A stretch of 64,000 nt of DNA from Mobula hypostoma (GCF_963921235.1 NC_086097.1:106828001-106892000); one strand, 5' to 3'. Positions 1 through 12,315 are shown, counted from the stretch's first letter. Notes: generated by a model from the sequence alone, not told the origin. Numbers and translations: made by a program.

Positions 1-30
1 CACCAAATTCTACACACCACACTTCCCATA

Positions 31-1462
31 CATAGAAACATAGAAACATAGAAAATAGGTGCAGGAGTAGGCCATTCGGCCCTTCGAGCCTGCACCGCCA
101 TTTATTATGATCATGGCTGATCATCCAACTCAGAACCCCGCCCCAGCCTTCCCTCCATACCCCCTGATCCCCATAGCCACAAGGGCCATATCTAACTCCC
201 TCTTAAATATAGCCAATGAACTGGCCTCAGCTGTTTCCTGTGGCAGAAAATTCCACAGATTCACCACTCTCTGTGTGAAGAAGTTTTTCTTAATCTCGGT
301 CCTAAAAGGCTTCCCCTTTATCCTCAAACTGTGACCCCTCGTTCTGGACTTCCCCAACATCGGGAACAATCTTCCTGCATCTAGCCTGTCCAATCCCTTT
401 AGGATTTTATACGTTTCAATCAGATCCCCCCTCAATCTTCTAAATTCCAACAAGTACAAGCCCAGTTCATCCAGTTTTTCTTCATATGAAAGTCCTGCCA
501 TCCCAGGAATCAATCTGGTGAACCTTCTTTGTACTCCCTCTATGGCAAGGATGTCTTTCCTCAGATTAGGGGACCAAAACTGCACACAATACTCCAGGTG
601 TGGTCTCACCAAGACCTTGTACAACTGCAGTAGTACCTCCCTGCTCCTGTACTCGAATCCTCTTGCTATAAATGCCAGCATACCATTCGCCTTTTTCACC
701 GCCTGCTGTACCTGCATGCCCACTTTCAATGACTGGTGTATAACGACACCCAGGTCTCGTTGCACCTCCCCTTTTCCTAATCGGCCACCATTCAGATAAT
801 AATCTGTTTTCCTATTTTTGCCACCAAAGTGGATAACTTCACATTTATCCACATTAAATTGCATCTGCCATGAATTTGCCCACTCACCCAACCTATCCAA
901 GTCACCCTGCATCCTCTTAGCATCCTCCTCACAGCTAACACTGCCGCCCAGCTTCGTGTCATCCGCAAACTTGGAGATGCTGCATTTAATTCCCTCATCC
1001 AAGTCATTAATATATATTGTAAACAACTGGGGTCCCAGCACTGAGCCTTGCGGTACCCCACTAATCACCGCCTGCCATTCTGAAAAGGTCCCGTTTATTC
1101 CCACTCTTTGCTTCCTGTCTGCTAACCAATTCTCCATCCACATCAATACCTTACCCCCAATACCGCGTGCTTTAAGTTTGCACACTAATCTCCTGTGTGG
1201 GACCTTGTCAAAAGCCTTTTGGAAATCCAAATATACCACATCCACTGGTTCTCCCCTATGCACTCTACTAGTTACATCCTCAAAAAATTCTATGAGATTC
1301 GTCAGACATTATTTTCCTTTCACAAATCCATGCTGACTTTGTCCGATGATTTCACCGCTTTCCAAATGTGCTGTTATCACATCTTTGATAACTGACTCCA
1401 GCAGTTTCCCCACCACCGACGTTAGGCTAACCGGTCTATAATTCCCCGGTTTCTCTCTCCCT
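31..1462 (-). mobile_element. CR1 LINE, 5'-truncated (RT domain plus 3' UTR)
   Basis: ORF 130-1263 has [24 protein letters not shown] and RTRGH motifs; the frame continues upstream past one TAA. 3' hairpin ggtgcagg...cctgcacc and (TTTCTATG)n tail at 31-54. Confidence 0.95.
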
Positions 1463-1586
1463 CACTCATCAGCTAATCCCATCCAAAGATCACAATGCTA
1501 CCTATCCACCAATCTCACCTCCTAAATACTAACCATACTTCTTGAATACCAACATAACCCTCTGGTTACTTATTCTGTCATCTACC

Positions 1587-1800
1587 TATAGTCATAGTCA
1601 TACTTTATTGATCCCGTGGGAAATTGATTTTCGTTACAGTTGCACCATAAATAATTAAATAGTAATAAAACCATAAATAGTTAAATAGTAATATGTAAAT
1701 TATGCCAGGAAATAAGTCCAGGACCAGCCTATTGGCTCAGGGTGTCTGACCCTCCAAGGGAGGAGCTGTAAAGTTTGATGGCCACAGGCAGGAATGAGCT
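1587..1800 (-). mobile_element. Rex1/Babar-type LINE 3' end
   Basis: Minus strand encodes SFLPVAIKLY (typical C-terminus) and ends in AATAAA followed by a (GACTAT)n tail. Confidence 0.7.
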
Positions 1801-2054
1801 CCACAGAATCTAACAAGTCCCTATTGCTCTACTCAGAAGATGGCCCCAATACCTCTTTCTCAATCTCAGTCTTGTTCTTTACTCTTGCCTCACTTGCCAG
1901 CAATCCTGTCAAACCAAGACGTGCATATATTTTTTTTGTGTGTGTGCTCCTGATCAGTGCAGCAAAGGGAGGAATGGTTTGGTTGTACGAGGCTTGTACG
2001 GTCCAGTGCAGGAGTTCCCAGCCTTTTTTATTGTTGAAAACATTCTATTGAAAT

Positions 2055-2555
2055 CAGTATTGAAAGCATTCTATCCAGATGCACCGTGCCTTGGTATGGT
2101 AACTGCTCTGCCTGTGACCAAAATACTGCTGAGAGTGCTGTACACATCCCAGTACATCACAGAAACAGTCTCCCCTCCACAGACTCCATCAACACTTCTT
2201 GCTGCCTTGGTAAAGCAGCTAGCATAATCAAAGACCCCACACACCCCGATCTTTGTCTTACCATTGGTCAGAAGACACAAAAGCCTGAAAGGAAATACCA
2301 CTGAGCTCAAAAATAGATTCTATCCTGCTGTTATGATTATTGAACAGTTCTCTAATATAAGATGAACTTACCATACTGGTGAACTGTTCAATTCTCTTAT
2401 AACAGATCATTGAACAGGTAATTTGTTGTAAGACCTCACAATCTACCCTGTTATCACCCAATGGCTTATTGTCCACGTGCATCACACTTCCTCTGTAATT
2501 GTTAACACTTTATTCTGTTATTGTTTTACTTTGTACTACCTAATGCACTATTGTA
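2055..2555 (+). mobile_element. Degenerate Rex1/Babar-type LINE 3' fragment
   Basis: Remnant peptides WYGNCS and SLPSTDSINTSCCLGKAASIIKDPTHP. Confidence 0.75.
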
Positions 2556-2560
2556 AAACA

Positions 2561-2630
2561 TCATTGGTTCCCAACCACTTTTTTTATGCCATGGACCAGT
2601 GGCATTAAGGACAATGGACCCCAGGACTGA
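2561..2630. mobile_element. Decayed copy of the ~80-bp hAT-type MITE
   Basis: GGTTCCCAACC-T(n)-ATGCCATGGACCA..CATTAAG matches the copies at 5369 and 11341. Confidence 0.55.
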
Positions 2631-3267
2631 TGTAATTCATGGGCTTGAGGCACTCCTTGATGCAGACCTTTACACCTGCTAGCTAGCTGAAAATCAGCTG
2701 CTTAACATGTCAACTAATCTGCAAAGAATGGGATTCCAAAAAGAAAGACATCTCTCCATGGTCAAGTCTTCAAGATCTTATGATCTTTTCCATCCATTTT
2801 CCCTGAAGTATAAATATTTTGAGGATGCACCAAGGTATTTTATTTAAAAAAAATAGCAGTATTGTCGAAGTCTAATTGGTGCAAAATTTCCCATTCTTGA
2901 CAGACCAAGATTAATGCACAGAAGTTTAAATAAACATGATGATCACGGGGAATTTTTTAATAGAGTACTTGAGTGGGAATAACTCTCTGTCAATACTTGG
3001 CATAACTAAAAGTCAAGGCTGCATTACCTTCTGATATGCTAGGTCCACTGCTCTGAGATTTAAACCCCATGGAATGGTGAAGCCAGTTGTGATCCAACCC
3101 AAGCACCAGACAAAGATATAAGGAAAAACCAAGTCTCAATAATGTTGAGACAACCTCTCTATTTGCCAATAATTCTCACACAAAATGAAAGAGAGTGGAA
3201 AAAATGCACCAATTCCAGCAAGAATCAGTGGGCTACTCCATGAGAACACATATAAGTCTCTGGCAAA

Positions 3268-3405
3268 GGTCCTGCCGAAGGATCTCAGCCCGAAACATTG
3301 ACCGTATATTTTTCCATAGATGCTGCCTAAGCTGCTGAGTTCCTCCAGCATTTTGTGTGTGTGTGTGTTGCTTTGATTTCCAGCATCTGTAGATTTTCTC
3401 TTGTC
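3268..3405 (+). mobile_element. Penelope-like pseudo-LTR fragment with decayed hammerhead motif (3268-3303)
   Basis: GGTC-CTGCCGA-AGGATCTCAGCCC-GAAACATT-GACC, followed by gatgctgcc...ttccagcatctg as in the larger PLE copies. Confidence 0.8.
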
Positions 3406-3409
3406 TCTA

Positions 3410-4335
3410 ATGAAGGCATCTATTAGTGATCCATTAAATACAACATTGGCTTTGTAGAAGGCATCAAAGGGTGGTAGTGTAGGGTTGGGTTTTCAGATTA
3501 AAGGCCTATGACCAGTAGGGCACCACAGGAATTGGTACTGGTTCCACTGTTGTTTGTCATCTGCATTAATGATTTACATGAGAATGTAGTTGGCATGATG
3601 AATAAGTCTGCAGATGACACCAAAACTTGTCTTCTCTGGTATTGATGGTATTGACTAACAGTGAAGAGGGTTATCTAAGATTACAACAGGGTTTAAGTCA
3701 ACTGGTGAAGTGGGCCTAAAAACAACAGATGGAATTTAACTCAGATAAGTGTGAGGTGTTCCTGTAAGTTAAACCAGGACAGGAATAACACAATAACCCT
3801 GGCAAGTATTGCAGAACAAGTACATAGTTCCCTAAAAGTGGATATATAGGTAGACAGGGTGATGAAAAAGACTTTGGGCATGTTTGCCTTCATCAATCTG
3901 GCCACTGAATGCAGGAATCGTGACATCGCATTGTAAGTCGTTGGTGAGACCAACTTGGTATTATGTGCCATTCTGGTCACCCAGCTTTAAGAAGGATGTC
4001 ATTAAGCTGAAAAGGGTGCAGAAAAGATTAGTGGGTATGTTACCAGGGACTGGAAGGCTTAAGTGATATGCAGAGGCTCGGACATTTTACCCTGTATCAA
4101 AGAAGGCAGAGGGGTGACCTTATAGAGGTATATAAAATCACAAGGGCAAGAATCACGTCTTTTTCACAGGGTAAGGGAATCTTAAACTAAAGCCAAAGGC
4201 TTAAAAGACATATAGACTCACGCATGGAGAGAGCAAGTTTAAAGGGATATGGGTCAAATGCATGCAAATGGGACCAGCTCATTTAAGACAACTTGATCAG
4301 CCTGGCTCTGTTTTCATGTTATATAATCCATGACA
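3410..4335 (+). mobile_element. Old degenerate CR1 LINE fragment
   Basis: Frameshifted remnants of the PQG..LGPLLF, ADDTK and FWSP...KRVQKR motifs plus 3' UTR. Confidence 0.8.
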
Positions 4336-5368
4336 ATGACAGCAAAATAAAATTACAAAGTTAAATATACTGCCTTAAGGCTTTACGTAAAGAAGATGCA
4401 TAATCCAACTAATCATCTTCATAATCACTGACAGAATATATTACCCAACAACCAAATATTTGATGTATTAAAGAAAACAGAAGCAACAAATGCTTAGAGA
4501 TAGAATTTTAATGATAGCATTAGAGAGCCATTCCAACACATTTGGTTAAAAAACAGAAACACTTCTCAGATCTGTGGGGTTCACAAGGCAAAGCTACTGC
4601 AATAAAATACCCATGTTGCTCTCTTTAAGCAGTGAAACATAGAGAGAATTAAAGTTCAACAAAGATAATCTCTGTATCAAACATACTAAATCACATGGCA
4701 TATAAATAATATTTTGTAAAACAATGTGAAACATTATGTTCATACATTACCAGAATAGATATAACCTTTAGAACAAAGTACTGAAATTAACAGATAGTGC
4801 AGGTTTAATTCTTCACAATGTAGGATTAATTCATATCCATCACATTTTGTGAAGACAACATACCAAACTTGTATTGCATGCTAATTAAACATTGTACCCA
4901 GAGCAGGTGTTAAACTGCACTGTTAGGTGGCTGCATGTCTCTCCAGATACCACATGGTGACATTCATGGAGCCACCACTAACAGGAAACTCAACTGGATT
5001 AGCCACACTAATGTCATTAAACTGAAAAGGGTACAGAAAAGATTAATGGGTATGTTACCAGGGACTGGAAGGCTTAAGTGATATGCAGAGGCTCGGACAT
5101 TTTACCCTGTATCAAAGAAGGCAGAGGGGTGACCCCAGCAAGGCAGAGGCTGGGCTTGCTTAAATGAGTGAGTCCTCTCTTTACACCCCAAACCTTTGAC
5201 TGTCAGGAATGTGATAGAATACTCACTAGCTACCTAACTCATAAGCACCCATTAACCTCAACACCATCCATGACAAAGCAGCCTACTGATTGATCCCATT
5301 TCAATCACCTTAAAAATTAATTCCATCCACCAGCAGCATAAAGTCTCAGAACAAAAAGCAAACTAGAC

Positions 5369-5448
5369 CAGGGGTTTCAAACCTTTTCTATACCATGGAC
5401 CAATACCATTAAGCAAGGGGTCTGTGGACCCTAGGTTCTGAACCCCTG
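5369..5448. mobile_element. 80-bp hAT (Charlie-like) MITE
   Basis: Terminal inverted repeats CAGGGGTT...AACCCCTG; related copies at 2561 and 11341. Confidence 0.8.
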
Positions 5449-5513
5449 GTCAGGCAACACTTGTGGAGGGAAATGGATAGTCAGCACTTTAGATCGAGAT
5501 CTTTTATCTGGAC
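5449..5513 (-). mobile_element. Highly decayed PLE pseudo-LTR/hammerhead remnant
   Basis: Minus strand GTC-CAGATAA-AAGATCTCGATC-TAAAGTGCTGACT...tgcctgac aligns to the pLTR motif. Confidence 0.55.
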
Positions 5514-5579
5514 AATTTGCATGTTCCATTTACAAAATGCCCTGCAGTTACTTACCTAGCTACTGTGACAATACTTCTT

Positions 5580-6900
5580 AGATTCTTAGAGATAGGATCT
5601 ATGGGCATTTAGAGAATCATGGTCTGATCAGGGACAGTCAGCATGGCTTTGTGAAGGGCAGATCGTGTCTAACAAGCCTGATAGAGTTCTTTGAGAAGGT
5701 GATCAGGCATACAGATGAGGGTAGTGCAGTGGATGTGATCTATATGGATTTTAGTAAGGCATTTCACAAGGTTCCACATGGTAGGCTTATTCAGAAAGTC
5801 AGAAGGCATGGGATCCAGGGATGTTTGGTCAGGTGGATTCAGAATTGGCTTGCCTGCAGAAGGCAGAGGGTCGTGGTGGAGGGAGTACATTCAGATTGGA
5901 GGATTGTGACTAGTGGTGTCCCACAAGGATCTGTTCTGGGACCTCTACTTTTCGTGATTTTTATTAACGACCTGGATGTGGGGGTAGAAGGGTGGGTTGC
6001 CAAGTTTGCAGACGACATAAAGATTGGTGGCGTTGTAGATAGTGTAGAGGATTGTCAAAGATTGCAGAGAGACATTGATAGGATGCAGAAGTGGGCTAAG
6101 GAGTGGCAGATGGAGTTCAACCCGGAGAAGTGTGAGGTGGTACACTTTGGAAGGACAAACTCCAAGGCAGACTACAAAGTAAATGGCAGGATACTTGGTA
6201 GTGTGGAGGAGCAGAGGGATCTGGGGGTACATGTTCACAGATCCCTGAAAGTTGCCTCACAGGTGGATAGGGTAGTTAAGAAAGCTTATGAGGTGTTAGC
6301 TTTCATAAGTCGAGGGATAGAGTTTAAGAGTCGCGATGTAATGATGCAGCTCTTTAAAACTCTGGTTAGGAGTACTTGGAGTACTGTGTCCAGTTCTGGT
6401 CGCCTCACTATAGGAAGGATGTGAAAGCATTGGAAAGGGTACAGAGGAGATTTACCAGAATGCTGCCTGGTTTAGAGAGTACGCATTATGATCAGAGATT
6501 AAGGGAGCTAGGGCGTTACTCTTTGGAAAGAAGGAGGATGAGATGAGACATGATAGAGGTGTACAAGATAATAAGAGGAATAGATAGAGCGGATAGCCAG
6601 CGCCTCTTCCCCAGGGCACTACTGCTCAATACAAGAGGACATGGCTTTAAGGTAAGGGGTGGGAAGTTCAAGGGGGATATTAGAGGAAGGTTTTTTACTC
6701 AGAGAGTGGTTAGTGCACGGAATGCACTGCCTGAGTCAGTGGTGGAGGCAGATACAGTAGTGAAGTTTAAGAGACTACTAGACAGGTATATGGAGGAATT
6801 TAAGGTGGGGGCTTATATGGGAGGCAGGGTTTGAGGGTCGGTACAATATTGTGGGCCGAAGGGCCTGTACTGTGGTGTACTATTTTATGTTCTATGTTCT
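5580..6900 (+). mobile_element. Young CR1 LINE (subfamily A), 5'-truncated
   Basis: RT ORFs 5651-6424 and 6550-6834; (TTCTATG)n tail; nearly identical to 7839-11059 and 52282-54083. Confidence 0.95.
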
Positions 6901-8388
6901 CACAATTCTACATTTCACCAACCAGGCAAATGGTAACACTGCCATCAATGTTCTCCTACAAGTCACATACAATCCAGACTCAAAAATATACTGTCATTTC
7001 TTTGTTATGGCTTGACTGCTACAGTTGAAGAAAGCTGTTCATCAAAGTCAGTTAATTAATTAAGGTCAATTAGTGCTGGGCAATACATTTGAGTTTATTC
7101 AGTTAAATGCCAGTCAACAGCACCTAATCCCAAACAAACAAATAAATTAGGAAAAAGAATATGTGATAACTACTCTAAATGTGCACAATGTATACAATCT
7201 CAAAAAAGTAACCCATTTACTTGCTACCTAAATATTACTTTGGGGACAGTATTTTTGTAATGCAAAACCACGGTTAATACTATATCCACAATTGCAAATA
7301 CAGTGGATTTCAGTTAATTTGGCCATCAGTTAAATGGGGTAACTGCTTATTTGGGACAAATCTTAAAGGATAAAAATTAATTGAGAAAATAGCTGAGATT
7401 CTCTTCATTTATTTGGGACACTGTGCCATTTAATTGGGACAGGAAACCATTGCCATACAGTTTCTAACAACAATTAATCGTGTGCAAATGTGTGGTCCCA
7501 TTTTAGAGTGAACAGTTTTTAAATAGCATCAGTTGCCTGTGTTTGTGTTAAAAAAGTGATTTTTGTCACTGATAGTTGGTGAGAAATAAGCAGTAAAACA
7601 ATTTAGAACTGCTTTGCTCAATGCGGTTTGTAGCATTCAGGCTTGGAGATATCATAAAGACCAGGAGTGAAAATTAAATGATGTGACTACTTCAACAAAT
7701 TAGGAACTACAAAGAATTTGAAGATATCAATAATAATTTTGAATATTACAATGAAAGTGAAGATTTGGAGGATGCAACTGTTGAAAGCACTGTATGACGA
7801 CAGTCCATTAGGTGTTGGCACTAATTTTGTTCATTTATATAGAACATAGAATAGTACAGCACAGTACAGGCCCTTCTGCCCACAATGTTGTGCCGACCCT
7901 CAAACCCTGCCTTCCATATAACCCCCAACTTTATATTCCTCCATATACCTGTCTAGTAGTCGCTTAAATTTCACTAGTGTATCTGCCTCCACCACTGACT
8001 CAGGCAGTGAATTCCACACACCAACCACTCTAAGAGTTAAAAACCTTCCTCTAATATCCCCCTTGAACTTCCCACCCCTTACCTTAAAGCCATGTCCTCT
8101 TGTATTGAGCAGTGCTGCCCTGGGGAAGAGGTGCTGGCTATCCACTCTATCTATTCCTCTTATTATCTTGTACACCTCTATCATGTCTCCTCTTATTCTC
8201 CTTCTCTCCAGAGAGTAAAGCCCTAGCTCCCTTAATCTCTGATCATAATGCATACTCTCTAAACCAGGCAGTATCCTGGTAAATCTCCTCTGTACCCTTT
8301 CCAATGCTTCCACATCCTTCCTATAGTGAGGCGATCTGAAATGGACACAGTACTCCAAGTGTGGCCTAACCAGAGTTTTATAGAGCTG

Positions 8389-9367
8389 ACAACAGGAATT
8401 CTGCAGATGCTGGAAATTCAAGCAACACACATCAAAGTTGCTGGTGAACGCAGCAGGCCAGGCAGCATCTCTAGGAAGAGGTGCAGTCGACGTTTCAGGC
8501 CGAGACCCTTCGTCAGGACTAACTGAAGGAAGACTGAGTAAGGGATTTGAAAGTTGGAGGGGGAGGGGGAGATCCAAAGTGATAGGAGAAGACAGGAGGG
8601 GGAGGGATAGAGCCAAGAGCTGGACAGGTGATAGGTAAAAGGGGATACGAGAGGATCATGGGACAGGAGGTCCGGGAAGAAAGACAAGGGGGGGGGAACC
8701 CAGAGGATGGGAAAGAGGTATATTCAGAGGGACAGAGGGAGAAAAAGGAGAGTGAGAGAAAGAATGTGTGCATAAAAATAAGTAACAGATCGGGTACGAG
8801 GGGGAGGTAGGGCCTTAGCGGAAGTTAGAGAAGTCGATGTTCATGCCATCAGGTTGGAGGCTACCCAGACGGAATATAAGGTGTTGTTCCTCCAACCTGA
8901 GTGTGGCTTCATCTTTACAGTAGAGGAGGCCGTGGATAGACATGTCAGAATGGGAATGGGATGTGGAATTAAAATGTGTGGCCACTGGGAGATCCTGCTT
9001 TCTCTGGCAGACAGAGCGTAGATGTTCAGCAAAGCGGTCTCCCAGTCTGCGTCGGGTCTTGCCAATATAAAAAAGGCCACATCGGGAGCACCGGACGCAG
9101 TATATCACCCCAGTCGACTCACAGGTGAAGTGTTGCCTCACCTGGAAGGACTGTTTGGGGCCCTGAATGGTGGTAAGGGAGGAAGTGTAAGGGCATGTGT
9201 AGCACTTGTTCCGCTTACACGGATAAGTGCCAGGAGGGAGATCAGTGGGGAGGGATGGGGGGGACGAATGGACAAGGGAGTTGCGTAGGGAGCGATCCCT
9301 GCGGAATGCGGGGGGGGGGGAAGGGAAAGATGTGCTTAGTGGTGGGATCCCGTTGGAGGTGGCGGAA
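8389..9367 (-). mobile_element. Penelope-like element (Neptune-like), 5'-truncated: GIY-YIG endonuclease plus pseudo-LTR
   Basis: ORF 8815-9141 contains GVIYCVRCSRCGLFYIGKTRRRLGDRFAEH (GIY-YIG), with a Cys-rich linker upstream and a pLTR with hammerhead downstream. Confidence 0.9.
8485..8520 (-). ncRNA. Minimal type-I hammerhead ribozyme motif, intact core
   Basis: RNA AGUC-CUGACGA-A-GGGUCUCGGCCU-GAAA-CG-UC^GACU: CUGANGA and GAAA boxes, stem I AGUC/GACU, short stem II, palindromic ACGU stem III, GUC cleavage triplet. Confidence 0.85.
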
Positions 9368-11340
9368 GAGCTGCATCATTATAGAGCTGCATCATTACCC
9401 CGCGATTCTTAAACTCTATCCCTTGACTTATGAAAGCTAACACTCCATAAGCTTTCTTAACTACCCAATCTACCTGTGAGGCAACTTTCAGGGATCTATG
9501 GACATGTACCCCCAAATCCCTCTGCTCCTCCACACTACCAAGTATCCTGCCATTTACTTTGTACTCTGCCTTGGAGTTTGTCCATCCAAAATGTACCACC
9601 TCACACTTCTCCAGGTTGAACTCCACCTGCCACTTCTCAGCCCACTTCTGCATCCTATCAATGTCTCTCTGCAATCTTCGACAATCCTCTACACTATCTA
9701 CAACACCACCAACTTTTGTGTCATCTGCAAACTTGCCAACCCACCCTTCTACCCCCACATCCAGATCGTTAATAAAAATCATGAAAAGTAGAGGTCCCAG
9801 AACAGATCCTTGTGGGACACCACTAGTCACAACACTCCAATCTGAACGTACTCCCTCCACCACAACCCTCTGCTTTCTGCAGGCAAGCCAATTCTGAATC
9901 CACCTGGCCAAACTTCCCTGGATTCCATGTCTTCTGACTTTCTGAATAAGTCTACCGTGTGGAACCTTGTCAAATGCCTTACTAAAATCCGTATAGATCA
10001 CATCCACTGCACTACCCTCATCTATATGCCTGGTCACCTCCTCAAAGAACTCTATCAGGCTTGTTAGACATGATCGCCCTAACACAGGGCCATGCTGACT
10101 GTCCCTGATCAGACCATGATTCTCTAAGTGCCCATAGATCCTAACTCTAAGAATCTTTTCCAACAGCTTTCCCACCACAGACATAAGGCTCACTGGTCTA
10201 TAATTACCCAGACTATCCCTACAACCTTTTTTAAACAAGGGGACAACATTCGTCTCCCTCCAATCCTCCAGTACCATTCCTGTAGACAACGAGGACATAA
10301 AGATCCTAGCCAGAGGCTCAGCAATCTCTACCCTCACCTCGTGGAGCAGCCTGGGGAATATTCCGTCAGGCCCTGGGGACTTACCCGTCCGAATGTATTT
10401 TAACAACTCCAACACCTCCTCTCCCTTAATATCAACATGCTCCAGAACATCAACCTCATATTGTCCTCATTGTCATCAAGTTCCCTCTCATTGGTGAATA
10501 TCGAAGATAAGTATTCATAGAGGACCTCACTCACTTCCACAGCCTCCAGGCACATCTTCCCACCTTTATCTCTAATTGGTCCTACCTTCACTCCTGTCAT
10601 CCTTTTGTTCTTCACATAATTGAAGAATGCCTTGGGGTTTTCCTTTACCCTACTCGCCAAGGCCTTCTCATGCCTCCTTCTTGTCCTCCTCAGCCCCTTC
10701 TTAAGCTCCTTTCTTGCTACCCTATATTCCTCAACAGATCCATCTGATCCTTGCTTCCTAAACCTCATGTATGCTGCCTTCTTCCACCTGACTAGATTTT
10801 CCACCTCACTTGTCACCCATAGTTCCTTCATCCTACCATTCTTTATCTTCCTCACAGGGACAAATTTATCCTTAACATCCCGCAAGAGATCCCTAAACAT
10901 CGACCACATGTCCATAGTACATTTCCCTGCAAAAACATCATCCCAATTCACACCTGCAAGTTCTAGCCTTATAGCCTCATAATTTGCCCTTCCCCAATTA
11001 AATATTTTCCTGTCCTCTCTGATTCTATCCTTTTCCATGATAATGCGAAAGGCCAGGGAATCAATCAAAAGAAGATACCAGTGTACACTGTATGAATTCC
11101 TCCATCGATGACTATTAGGAACTAATCCACAGTTTATAGTACTGATACTGATAGTGGTACTGATGGTGTTGAAATTTGTTCTGTATTTCATTTAAATACA
11201 CAGTTAAATGGAAGTTAGTCTTTTACAAACTTTTTAACTATTTCTATTAAACTTCAGCTAATTGGGGCAGCCACTAACAGGGCCAAAATGTACTGGTCCT
11301 GAAGTGTTCCAATTAACTGGAACCCAATTTACATTTAAAA

Positions 11341-11410
11341 CAGGAGTTCCCAACTTGGGGTCCACAGACCCCTCAGATAATGGTAGGAGTCCATGGCATT
11401 AAAAAGATTG
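11341..11410. mobile_element. hAT-type MITE (opposite orientation to the 5369 copy; right TIR partly deleted)
   Basis: CAGGAGTTCCCAAC start; flanked by 8-bp atttaaaa/atttaaag, a probable TSD. Confidence 0.7.
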
Positions 11411-11899
11411 ATTTAAAGCAACAACTGATAGCATAATGAAATCAGAAGTCCGTGCAATAAGAATAATTTTGAAGATTTAACCCCATTTTAATGAAAATAA
11501 ATGAGACAGAAATTTTGAGGCATATAGGCATATGCACCTTTTTAGATCGAAACCCAGAAGCAGTTCTCTAAAGGGTGCACTTGTTGCTGTATTGATTGAC
11601 ATAATCAACACAGAAAATCAACGTTTTTATGCCTGATTCTCACTGTAGAAAGCATTGTTGAATGAGGTGTAATTAAATTTATAGAGTGGAATACAACATC
11701 ATAATTATATTTGAACAACCTCTCTGGGCTTAAAAATGTATACATATGGTTTAATTCCCTCAACAATTATTCCGCTGTTTCATGAATTTTAAAACAGTTA
11801 AATTAAATATATCCAAAATTTTCATGTTTAATTTTATCCATGTCTACATTTCAATCTTTCAGTAACATAATCTTTTTAACTATAGCTTTTTTTACTTCC

Positions 11900-12315
11900 C
11901 ATGTTGCTGGGACTGGATGGCCTGAATTATGAGGAGACACTGGAGAGGCTGTGACCATTTTCTCTGGAGTGCGGGTGAGTGATCTTGTAGAGGCTTATAA
12001 AATCAGAGATAAGGTGGATGGTCACAGTCTTTTACCAGGATAGAGGAGTGTAAAGCTAGAAGCCATAAGTTTAAACTGAGAGTAAAAATTAAAAATTTCC
12101 TCTCTCATCTTACGAGGGTAATGGGAATATGGATCGAGCTACCAGGAGAAGTGGTAGATGTGGGTGCAATTATAACATTTTAAATATATTTAGACAAGTA
12201 CATGGATAGGGAAAAAATTAGATGAATATGGGCCAAATGCAAGAAATCAAGACTAGCTCAGGAAGGAACCTTGGTCAACACAAACAAATTGGACTAAAGC
12301 CGTGCTTTGACTCTA
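11900..12315 (+). mobile_element. Old CR1 3' fragment
   Basis: Remnants MLLGLDGLNYEE.LERL, DL.EAYKI and the RGH-like motif, then 3' UTR. Confidence 0.7.

Larger units (their letters stand above)
7839..11059 (-). mobile_element. CR1 LINE (subfamily A), interrupted by a Penelope-like element
   Basis: ORF2 pieces 10400-11059, 9336-10415 and 7900-8388 rejoin across 8389-9367; tail at 7839. Confidence 0.95.
7301..11329 (+). mobile_element. Tigger/pogo-type (Tc1/mariner) DNA transposon remnant, split by a CR1 insertion
   Basis: TA-flanked imperfect TIRs CAGTGGATTTCAGTTAATT / AATTAACTGGAACCCAATT. Internal remnant DSW.EISSKTI.NCFAQCG (~7560-7630) resembles the pogo DDE C-terminal motif. Confidence 0.7.

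Noticed and set aside
130..1263. RT ORFs as bacterial retron, DGR or group II intron systems
   Set aside because: Motifs, 3' tails and APE/esterase partners identify vertebrate CR1 LINEs.
4752..4781. Minus-strand micro-exon candidates (also ~12745-12797, ~14001-14054, ~35228-35251, ~56762-56785)
   Set aside because: AG/GT boundaries are present, but the peptides do not match ZFPM2 exon 1 or 3, one has stops in all frames, and such matches are expected by chance in 64 kb.
7900..8616. 238-aa ORF that looks like a novel N-terminus fused to a CR1 domain
   Set aside because: Chance read-through from the PLE pseudo-LTR into the CR1 it interrupted.
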